Shown here: piece after piece, positions 38,003 through 45,559 of the stretch | Layout: each line of letters starts with the position of its first letter | How positions within the stretch are numbered: the first letter of the stretch is position 1 | Assembly: GCA_964558645.1 (NCBI GenBank) | Contig: CAZLEV010000006.1 | Location: 96,001 to 160,000, forward strand | Source: an uncultured archaeon | GTDB taxonomy: Archaea; Asgardarchaeota; Thorarchaeia; Thorarchaeales; Thorarchaeaceae | Reading direction: 5' to 3' | Length of the DNA stretch: 64,000 nucleotides | Translations under genes and position numbers: made by a program | Notes under the pieces: generated by a model | What the model saw: only the letters and a program-made list of their open reading frames with translations | Database searches by the model: none | Told to the model about the DNA's origin: nothing

Positions 38003-40159
38003 TTGATGACGAAAGAAGCCCGGCGTCGTCCCCGGGAGCATGCTGCGAGGGACCCCTCGGAGAAGCAACAGACAATGGATGACAGCTTTATATCGGTCAC
38101 GTCAACAACGCACCACGGTACGGGTCTGAAGTATCTGACCACCGAGTTCTCCCTCTGCTCCGTTCATCGGGGGGTGAACAAGAGGGGGAAGGGAAGGGGA
38201 CCAGACCCACGATTCCGAAGGGGTGAGCTTGCTGCACTCCAGGAGCGCCTCTCGGCGACCACCGGGCGGAAGGTCAACGACATCGACCTCTCTCTACTTG
38301 GCTCATATTTCGAAACGTTTGTCTCACTGGTGAACCAGGTCCTTGAACGCGTGTATGCTGACAAGGGACGGTTTGCGTTTCTCGGCGAGGAGCTGGCCGG
38401 TTATCCAAGGCAGGGCTATGCCCTTCTCAAGAGTGAGGATTCTGTGAGATACAGGAGTCATCCTGAGGTCCAGGAGCAGTGCTTCGAGCGGCTGTACCGC
38501 AACGCTCTGGAGCATGCTGCGCGTATCATCCAGTCCAACTGGTTGCGACGGCAGCTGATGAAGGCAGCTATCGAGTATCTCTGCGAGAACGAGAGCGACC
38601 TGACCCGGCTGCTGAAGAACCGGTATATCGCAAGCGACCTGACCAAGGCAGTTCGGGGAGCATGTGAGTCCACGAAGAACAACGGGACCGGGTTCTACTA
38701 CAGTCTCTCGGTCCTGAAGCAGCTCCGTCGAAGACTGGACCACTCGATCCTCGAGAAGCGAGGGGAACCGCTTAGCACTCGCCCCTATCAGCGGGGGAGG
38801 ATTCGCAGGTATCTCAAGGAGAAACCGACAGCCAACAGCATCCTCAAGATTGCAAGAGGGAAACTCCGTCAGTGGCACAAGAGGGGCTATCCCTTCGCCA
38901 CTCCAAGGATGTACTCCCACACCGAAGACTTCTCGGCCAGCACGGAGAACTCTCCCAGTCAAGGATACTGGTACTCACAGGACTTGGAGAAGGAGAACGA
39001 GGTGCTGTTTTTCCTGAAGCTCCCTGAGCCCATGGAGGGAGAGGCACATGAAACCTCCCCCTACAAGACCAGGACTCTTGCGTTTCGTTTCCTTGATTGG
39101 CTGCCCCGGGCCGCAAGAGAGGACAGAGCGAGGGCAGAGGAGGCCAAGGCTCAGGGCAAGCACCTGAGAGCAAAGAAGCTTCGATTTCGAGCACGGAAAT
39201 ACGAGGACCAGCATGAGCAGTTGATCAACACCATCGAGCTTCAGCATGCCGTCTATCAGCTGAACAGATGGAAGAACCGCAAGAACGCCGACTCCGAGAA
39301 GCTAGCACAACTGAAGGAGAAAGTGCAGCGACTGAGAGAGTCCCGTACCTGCGGTCCACCCGCTCTCCTCTTGCGGGGTCATCGTGTCATTCTAGACATA
39401 CCCTTTCTCCCACCCACTCAGGAGATGGTGGATGAAGTCCTTGGAACGCGGGAGTACACCCGCAAGGCTGGTGCTGATCGTGGCATCCGTGTACCCATCG
39501 TGCTCTCGGTGCGGAACGGTGAGGGCTACGTGGATGAGTTTCTCTCTCTGGAGGAACTGGTGAAGAAGCGCAATCTCCTCAGGCATCAGACCAAGGCACT
39601 CTCCTCACGGGTTGCTCTCATGCGCAACAACTGGGAACGTAAGCATGGCAAGGACTATTCGAGACCGGGCTCTCTCAGGAAGAAGGAGCGACATCTGGAT
39701 GCTCTCTGGAAGAAGGTCCGCAGACTCGATCGCGAGATTGCCCGACAGATTGCCTCGAGGGCTGTGTGGTTCTGCGAGAGGTACGGTGTCAAGACGCTCT
39801 ATTTCGAGAACCTGAAGAACTACCAGGCACCAAAGGGCTACGGGGATCTATCATGGCGGCTCTCATTCAATCTCTGGTCGCAGGTGCTTGAGGCCGTACG
39901 ATATATGCGTCAGGTCCTGGGGCATCGTTTCGGTGGCGTCTGGACGGTGACTCCAGCGTGGACCTCTCGAAAATGCCATGTCTGCGGGGAGACAGGTGTA
40001 AGGGTGGAGCGAGAGGGATCGAAAGAGGAGTACCGTGGGGGCGAATACTTCTACTGTGAGAACTGCGCTGCATACTTCCATGCCGATGTCAATGCGGCAA
40101 GGAACATCATTGAAGTTGATATGAGACAACCCAGTGCCGTTGCTGGGAGGACGAGCTAG
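38003..40159 (+). CDS. tnpB: Large TnpB/Cas12-like RNA-guided nuclease candidate (718 aa)
   Basis: RuvC-I GADRG, bridge helix, RuvC-II YFENL, TSRKCHVCG...CENC zinc ribbon, RuvC-III HADVNAARNI. Confidence 0.88.
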   Translation: MMTKEARRRPREHAARDPSEKQQTMDDSFISVTSTTHHGTGLKYLTTEFSLCSVHRGVNKRGKGRGPDPRFRRGELAALQERLSATTGRKVNDIDLSLLGSYFETFVSLVNQVLERVYADKGRFAFLGEELAGYPRQGYALLKSEDSVRYRSHPEVQEQCFERLYRNALEHAARIIQSNWLRRQLMKAAIEYLCENESDLTRLLKNRYIASDLTKAVRGACESTKNNGTGFYYSLSVLKQLRRRLDHSILEKRGEPLSTRPYQRGRIRRYLKEKPTANSILKIARGKLRQWHKRGYPFATPRMYSHTEDFSASTENSPSQGYWYSQDLEKENEVLFFLKLPEPMEGEAHETSPYKTRTLAFRFLDWLPRAAREDRARAEEAKAQGKHLRAKKLRFRARKYEDQHEQLINTIELQHAVYQLNRWKNRKNADSEKLAQLKEKVQRLRESRTCGPPALLLRGHRVILDIPFLPPTQEMVDEVLGTREYTRKAGADRGIRVPIVLSVRNGEGYVDEFLSLEELVKKRNLLRHQTKALSSRVALMRNNWERKHGKDYSRPGSLRKKERHLDALWKKVRRLDREIARQIASRAVWFCERYGVKTLYFENLKNYQAPKGYGDLSWRLSFNLWSQVLEAVRYMRQVLGHRFGGVWTVTPAWTSRKCHVCGETGVRVEREGSKEEYRGGEYFYCENCAAYFHADVNAARNIIEVDMRQPSAVAGRTS

Positions 40160-40165
40160 TCCAAG
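40122..40165 (+). ncRNA. Putative 3' end of the TnpB omegaRNA scaffold / element right end
   Basis: Overlaps the tnpB stop; hairpins CCCAG..CTGGG and GGAC..GTCC; boundary after AGTCCAAG defined by the second copy at 28076-28125. Confidence 0.6.
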
Positions 40166-40255
40166 AAACAATCAGCGGCCGATTGCTCAGCCGGTATTGA
40201 TCTGCATTAGATATGGAAGACGATTGGAATTGACCTATACCCATTAAGGAGTTGA

Positions 40256-40332
40256 TGGCGGGCCAGGAGGGATTTGAACCCTCGACCAACAAGTTAAGAG
40301 CCTGTCGCTCTGCCTAACTAAGCCACTGGCCC
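40256..40332 (-). tRNA. tRNA-Lys(CTT), intronless, CCA encoded
   Basis: GGGCCAGTGGCTTAGTTAGGCAGAGCGACAGGCTCTTAACTTGTTGGTCGAGGGTTCAAATCCCTCCTGGCCCGCCA. Confidence 0.97.
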
Positions 40333-40351
40333 ACTCGTCCGCTGTGCCTCT

Positions 40352-40381
40352 TTTTTGGTTATAGAGGTTTCGGAATGCTCT
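40352..40381 (-). promoter_or_regulatory. BRE/TATA promoter of tRNA-Lys
   Basis: CCGAAA + CTATAA about 25-40 nt upstream of the tRNA. Confidence 0.6.
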
Positions 40382-40442
40382 GGTTCATTGATCCGTAAGT
40401 CGGACTTACAGTTCGATGTTGAAAGGAAGTCCTCAGTCCACT

Positions 40443-41417
40443 CTACTCGAATCGACCATGCAACCGCGAGATTATCTCCTCGGTTTCGCCCATTATCCTA
40501 TCAAGTAAATCCTTGACGCTCGGGATGTCCCCGACCAGACCGACACCCTGACCGCAACTCACGACCCCTAGGTCGGTATCTCCCTCATCGTACATCTTCT
40601 GTGCTTTGGTTCCAGCGGCAGCCTGCACGAGGGAGAATAACGATGCACCTTCAGCCTCTAGTTCGAGCACCTTCTGCGCAGCCTCATTGTTCCATATCCG
40701 GTGGGTATTCCCGATGGAACGCAAGGCTAGTACTGTATCGGTCTCCTTCGCCTCCACAAAGGCCTGTTTGAGATTGTCATGGATGGGGCACTCCTTTGTG
40801 GCCATCATCCGTGTACCCATGATTACCCCTTCAGCACCCAGTGCCAGCGCCGCCGCGACCCCTCTACCGTCTGCTATGCCACCCCCGGCAATGACAGGGA
40901 TGTCCAGAGCATCAACTACTGATGGTGTCATCACCATGGTCCCTATATCCAGTTTCCCGGTCGCGCCTCCATTCTCGTATCCAACAACCGTGACTATGTC
41001 TGCGCCCAGAGAGGCCCCTTTCAACGCGTATCTCACTCCAGCACATTTGTGAATCCAGATAGCGCCACCATCCTTGAACTTGGGAACCAGGTCCTCTGGA
41101 GCCTTGTGGCCGCTTGTCTCGATGATTTCCACGCCCTCAGCCAGAGTCGCATCCACATAGTCCTCCAGCTTGTCCTGAGGCATCAGAGCAGGAAATAGGT
41201 TGATATTCACTGCAAATGGTTGGTCGGTGAGGGACTGGGTTGCTCTGATGGCATCGCGCAATTTGTCAGGAGTGTCATAGTTTGCACTGGCTAGCACAGC
41301 GCAGGCACCAGCATTACTCGCGGCAGCTACAAACTCGGGATTGGTGATCCTTGCCATGGCCCCCACAATGATTGGATATTTGCATCGCAGCATTTCAGTT
41401 ACTCTCGTCTTTATCAT
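40443..41417 (-). CDS. Nitronate monooxygenase / FabK-like flavoprotein
   Basis: PII.GAM, PFAVN, G.ENGG, PVIAGGGIADGRG, LGAEGVIMGTR. Confidence 0.9.
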   Translation of the reverse strand: MIKTRVTEMLRCKYPIIVGAMARITNPEFVAAASNAGACAVLASANYDTPDKLRDAIRATQSLTDQPFAVNINLFPALMPQDKLEDYVDATLAEGVEIIETSGHKAPEDLVPKFKDGGAIWIHKCAGVRYALKGASLGADIVTVVGYENGGATGKLDIGTMVMTPSVVDALDIPVIAGGGIADGRGVAAALALGAEGVIMGTRMMATKECPIHDNLKQAFVEAKETDTVLALRSIGNTHRIWNNEAAQKVLELEAEGASLFSLVQAAAGTKAQKMYDEGDTDLGVVSCGQGVGLVGDIPSVKDLLDRIMGETEEIISRLHGRFE

Positions 41418-41639
41418 GCAGCTCACTCAACCTTTTCCTAGGGACTCTTGACAAGATTCCTACAAATAAACTACGTCATCAGTTTGTCAGTTCAATGCGA
41501 TGCAAATCTCCTGCTCGGAAGGACTGCAGAGGAGGGCTCTCTCATTCACTGGTTGCGAATCGGCTGTGTCGTAAGTCATATAACGAAGGCGAAACATGCG
41601 ACATGTCGTACACAGACTCTACTGTTGGGAGTGTCCAAT

Positions 41640-42962
41640 GTGAGCAAGCACAAAAAGCGGTATGATGAGATCTTCGATCTTTTGGAGAAGCATGACAACT
41701 GGATGAGCAATACAATCAATCTCATAGCCTCTGAGAACGTGAGTTCGCCAGCGGTGCGGTCGGCCATTGTGAGTGACTTTCGCGACCGGTATGCAGAGGG
41801 CTGGCCGGGTGAGCGAGTCTATGCAGGCTGTGTCTACATAGATGAGGTTGAGAAGCTCTGCATCGAGATGGCAAAGGACCTGTACAATGCGGAATTTGCT
41901 GATGTACGGGCAATATCGGGTGTCGTTGCAAACCTCATGATGTATACTGCATTCATGGATCCGCTTGACCGGATGATGGCGCTCTCCATCGCTCATGGTG
42001 GGCACATCTCACATGCGCGTTCGAGTCTGGGGGGAACGGCGGGATCGATTCGTGGTCACAAGGTCAGGACGTGGGACTTCGATGAGGATGAGTTCAACAT
42101 AGACGTTGATGCCAGCAAGAAACAGATCCGCGAGCTGTTCGACAGCGGCAATGAAGTGAAGTTTCTGCTGTTCGGCGGAAGCGTGTTCCTGTTTCCACAT
42201 CCCGTCAAAGAGTTCCGAGAGATTGCTGACGAGTACGACATGAAGATCGGGTACGACTCGGCACACGTTGCAGGGTTGATTGCAGGTGGGAAGTTCCAGC
42301 AACCGTTTGAGGAGGGGGTAGATGTGGTCACCGCGTCGACTCATAAGACGCTTCCCGGGCCACAAAAGGGGTGCGTTTTGTCGCGTAAGGAATACGCCGA
42401 TGCCATCAAACGCGCAGCTTTTCCAGGCCTAATGAGCAATCATCATCTCCACAACGTCGCTGGATTGGCCGTCGCCCTAGCTGAGATGGCTGAGTTCGGC
42501 GAGGATTATTCTACGCAAATCATCAAGAACGCGAAAGCCCTAGCCCAATCCCTGCATGACAGAGGATGGGAGGTCGTTGCAGAACACAAGGGTTTCACCG
42601 AGTCGCACATCGTTCTAGTAGAGGTGTCCGAGACCCCCATGAAGAACGGGCGAAAGGTGGAGGAGGAGCTCGAAAAGGCAAATATCATCATCAATCGGAA
42701 TCTATTGCCCTGGGACAAGAAAGAGGGGCGGGACTACCGCAAGCCTGGCGGTATCAGGCTGGGCACAAGTGAGATGACCAGACTGGGGATGAAGGAGTCC
42801 GAGATGGATCACATAGCCGAGCTGATGACCCGAGTGGTCATGAAGGGTGAGGACGTCAAGAAGATCTCAGACGAGGTCGGCACATTCCGTGAGGACTTCC
42901 AGCATGTCCACTACGCCTTCGACACGGAGACCGAGGCCTACAAGCATCTCAGATTTAAGTAG
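41640..42962 (+). CDS. glyA: Serine hydroxymethyltransferase (archaeal type)
   Basis: LIASEN, RYAEG, GGHISH, STHKTLPGP, GGIRLGT; GTG start inferred. Confidence 0.96.
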   Translation: MSKHKKRYDEIFDLLEKHDNWMSNTINLIASENVSSPAVRSAIVSDFRDRYAEGWPGERVYAGCVYIDEVEKLCIEMAKDLYNAEFADVRAISGVVANLMMYTAFMDPLDRMMALSIAHGGHISHARSSLGGTAGSIRGHKVRTWDFDEDEFNIDVDASKKQIRELFDSGNEVKFLLFGGSVFLFPHPVKEFREIADEYDMKIGYDSAHVAGLIAGGKFQQPFEEGVDVVTASTHKTLPGPQKGCVLSRKEYADAIKRAAFPGLMSNHHLHNVAGLAVALAEMAEFGEDYSTQIIKNAKALAQSLHDRGWEVVAEHKGFTESHIVLVEVSETPMKNGRKVEEELEKANIIINRNLLPWDKKEGRDYRKPGGIRLGTSEMTRLGMKESEMDHIAELMTRVVMKGEDVKKISDEVGTFREDFQHVHYAFDTETEAYKHLRFK

Positions 42963-42993
42963 AGAGGTTATTAGTCCCTCCTGAGGACTCCTC

Positions 42994-43290
42994 ATGGAGA
43001 TACGGGAAGCTCAGAAGATGATGCGCCGAATCTATCTTGAAAGAGATAGAGAGCGCGGTGTCGAACGGACAGTTCTACGAACGTATGAAGAACTTGCTGA
43101 GCTAAGTGAAACAATTCAGAGAGCCGGGACGCGGGATGAAATAGAGAGTGAATTTGGAGATGTGTTTGCCTGGCTCTGTTCCCTCGCGAATCTCTTGGAT
43201 GTTGACCTTGAGAAGGCACTGTTGAACAAGTACAATCATGTCTGTTCTAGGTGTAGGAAGACACCGTGCGAGTGTATCGATACTCCGTAG
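42994..43290 (+). CDS. MazG-like nucleotide pyrophosphohydrolase
   Basis: EELAEL...EFGDVFAWLCSLAN, C-terminal CxxC..PCxC. Confidence 0.88.
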   Translation: MEIREAQKMMRRIYLERDRERGVERTVLRTYEELAELSETIQRAGTRDEIESEFGDVFAWLCSLANLLDVDLEKALLNKYNHVCSRCRKTPCECIDTP

Positions 43291-43410
43291 AATGGAGAGA
43301 GAGAACCAAACGAGTATCAATCCTCCGCGACAGCTTATCTCCAAGAGTGTAACAAAGGGTTTTTATCCACATCAGAGTCCGGAGAGGCAACGCTAGGAGA
43401 CAGACAGGCA

Positions 43411-43602
43411 ATGCCAAAGACTGCCAAGAAACGTAAGAAGAAGAAAAAGGGCGAGACGCCAGTCACAGGTGGTGCCGGTCTAATCAGATTCTTCGAGGAT
43501 GAAACACCCGGGATTAAGGTTGGGCCCACGTTAGTGGTAGTCTTCGCAGCAATCCTGCTCATTGTCGTCATAATTGCACATCTGAACATCCTGTCGTTTT
43601 AG
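43411..43602 (+). CDS. secG: Preprotein translocase Sec61-beta/SecG subunit
   Basis: GAGLIRFFEDETPGIKVGP + TM. Confidence 0.92.
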   Translation: MPKTAKKRKKKKKGETPVTGGAGLIRFFEDETPGIKVGPTLVVVFAAILLIVVIIAHLNILSF

Positions 43603-43675
43603 GCGGCTGGTGCTACTCCCTAACGGTTATAAAGCGCGGGAATGCCAAACGCAGACCAGAATCTGGTGATTGGAA

Positions 43676-43957
43676 ATGAATATCAAGAGTGAGCTTCGAA
43701 AGCATTGTCCACGATGCAATACGCATACTATGCATAAGGTCAGCATATACAAGAAAGGACAGACCAGACCTCTAGCTGAGGGTAGCCGACGAATGGACAG
43801 GAAGACTAAGGGCTACGGGTCATTTCCAAAACCAATCCAGAAGCGATTCGCCAAGACCACGAAGAAGACCATGCTTCAGTATGAATGCAAGGAGTGCGGG
43901 CATATGTTCCAGAGTGATGGAATACGCCTAAAGAAGGTCGAGATTCAACGCATCTAG
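43676..43957 (+). CDS. rpl44e: 50S ribosomal protein L44e (eL42)
   Basis: CPRCNTHT.HKV, GYG..PKP, KTTKK, CKECG. Confidence 0.95.
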   Translation: MNIKSELRKHCPRCNTHTMHKVSIYKKGQTRPLAEGSRRMDRKTKGYGSFPKPIQKRFAKTTKKTMLQYECKECGHMFQSDGIRLKKVEIQRI

Positions 43958-44300
43958 ACCAATCTTATTTCACGATGTCACCTCTGGCAGTTAGTTTACC
44001 GTGAATTACACAGAATGCAATCTCGATTACAAGAGATTCTTACGTCCATTAGAACGGCCAAGAGGGAAGCTCTGTCAGGGCTAGACGCTGAAATGCAGAC
44101 TCTATTTCGAGTGATTGCAACCAGGCAAGAGAGATCTCGATAGTCCGCTGCCAAGGTAAGTTGATTGTGTTCGAATTTTGCCAAGCTGACTGTAACCTAT
44201 GTCGATACAGTTATAATGAGAGTCATCGCCGACGATACGAAGTCCCTCCGGGATGCTCTTCTGCTATCCAAGCAGGTTTACAACGCTGTCTAATGCGGTG

Positions 44301-44507
44301 ATGATGTTGAGTAAGAAAGAAGTAGTCCAGCAACCAAGCTCGCGATTTATCCGAATCAAGTGCCTTGAATGCGAGCACGAGCAGATCATATTCGGGAGTG
44401 CCTCAACTGAGGTCAAGTGTGTTGAGTGTGAAAGAGTGCTCGCCAAGCCATCAGGCGGAAAGGCGAAGTTAGAACCGATTGCAAGAGAACTCGAGATTCT
44501 TTCGTAG
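44301..44507 (+). CDS. rps27e: 30S ribosomal protein S27e
   Basis: PSSRFIRIKCLEC..EQIIF...V.C.EC...LAKPSGGKA. Confidence 0.95.
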   Translation: MMLSKKEVVQQPSSRFIRIKCLECEHEQIIFGSASTEVKCVECERVLAKPSGGKAKLEPIARELEILS

Positions 44508-44545
44508 AATTCGGGGTCCAATTCATTGAAGGAGGATAGATTCTC

Positions 44546-45340
44546 ATGGTCTTGAAACGTACTGAATGGCCCGAACCGGATGAGTATGTTGTGGCGGTGG
44601 CGTCCAAAGTTGCACCCTATGGCGCATATGTGACTCTCCCAGAATACGGGGACAAGGAGGGATTCATACACATCTCAGAAGTTAGTAGTACGTGGGTCAG
44701 GAACATACGGAACCATATCCATGAGAACCAAAGGATAGTTGTGAAGGTACTTCAAGTTGACAGGTCAAAAGGCCACATTGATTGTTCGTTAAGAAGAGTA
44801 TCCAGTGAGGCAAAACGAGCCAAGAATACGGAATGGAAACGTACTCAGAAGGCGGAGAAGTTCTTGGAACTGATTGCACATGAAAACAACACAGACCTCG
44901 ACGATATCTATGAGAAGGTTGGTTGGCCTCTAGAGGAGCATTTTGGGGAGATCTACAAGGGTCTCGAAGCCGCAGCGGATTTGGGTTATGAGGCGCTCAA
45001 AGATGTGGATGCTCCAAAAGATCTACTGAAGCAGATTGCCGAAAATGCTGAAGCACGTATCGAGATTCCTTCTGTAGAAGTTGACGGTGAGTTGAAGATA
45101 CAAGTGCCGGGGCCAGAAGGCGTCGAAGTAATCAAGTCGGCCCTGACGAAGGGACTTGATATCGGGAAGGCTGATGAGAAATCTGAAGTAGAGATATACA
45201 CTCTGGGTGCGCCAAGATACAAGCTCTCGATCATTAGTCCCGACTACAGAGAGGCGGAAGAGCTGCTTTCCGGCATTATTCAAAGTATCAGAGCTGCTAT
45301 TGAGAAAGCTGAGGGTGTCTTTGAGTTCAAAAGAAAATAG
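44546..45340 (+). CDS. eif2a: Translation initiation factor 2 alpha subunit
   Basis: S1 domain YGAYV.L.EY..KEGFIHISEV; GAPRY. Confidence 0.95.
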   Translation: MVLKRTEWPEPDEYVVAVASKVAPYGAYVTLPEYGDKEGFIHISEVSSTWVRNIRNHIHENQRIVVKVLQVDRSKGHIDCSLRRVSSEAKRAKNTEWKRTQKAEKFLELIAHENNTDLDDIYEKVGWPLEEHFGEIYKGLEAAADLGYEALKDVDAPKDLLKQIAENAEARIEIPSVEVDGELKIQVPGPEGVEVIKSALTKGLDIGKADEKSEVEIYTLGAPRYKLSIISPDYREAEELLSGIIQSIRAAIEKAEGVFEFKRK

Positions 45341-45343
45341 GTT

Positions 45344-45520
45344 ATGAGTATGCCATATATTTTCAAATGTTCAGAGTGCGGTGAGTACACTCTCGAACGA
45401 AACAGATGCCCAAGATGCGATGGGCTCGTCAAGACCCCACATCCGCCGCGATTCAGCCCAGTGGACAAATATGGTGAATACCGAAGAAGGGCAAAGCGAA
45501 AGCAACGGGACGAAGAATAG
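45344..45520 (+). CDS. nop10: H/ACA RNP protein Nop10 (below the ORF-track cutoff)
   Basis: Manual translation MSMPYIFKCSECGEYTL...CPRC...PHPPRFSPVDKYGEYRR; follows aIF2alpha as usual in archaea. Confidence 0.93.
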   Translation: MSMPYIFKCSECGEYTLERNRCPRCDGLVKTPHPPRFSPVDKYGEYRRRAKRKQRDEE

Positions 45521-45550
45521 AAAGGGGGCGATTGGCGCTGCCAATCACCC
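45520..45550 (-). terminator. Hairpin between convergent nop10 and stt3
   Basis: Minus strand GGGTGATTGGC-AGC-GCCAATCGCCC then CCTTTC. Confidence 0.55.
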
Positions 45551-45559
45551 AGAATGTTC

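Noticed and set aside
38169-38199. G-run cluster (possible G-quadruplex) in the tnpB 5' region
   Set aside because: Explained by Gly/Arg/Lys codons; no independent support
37814-40442. CRISPR array or cas genes next to the Cas12-like ORF
   Set aside because: No regularly spaced repeats, and no cas1/2/4 or tnpA recognised anywhere in the window
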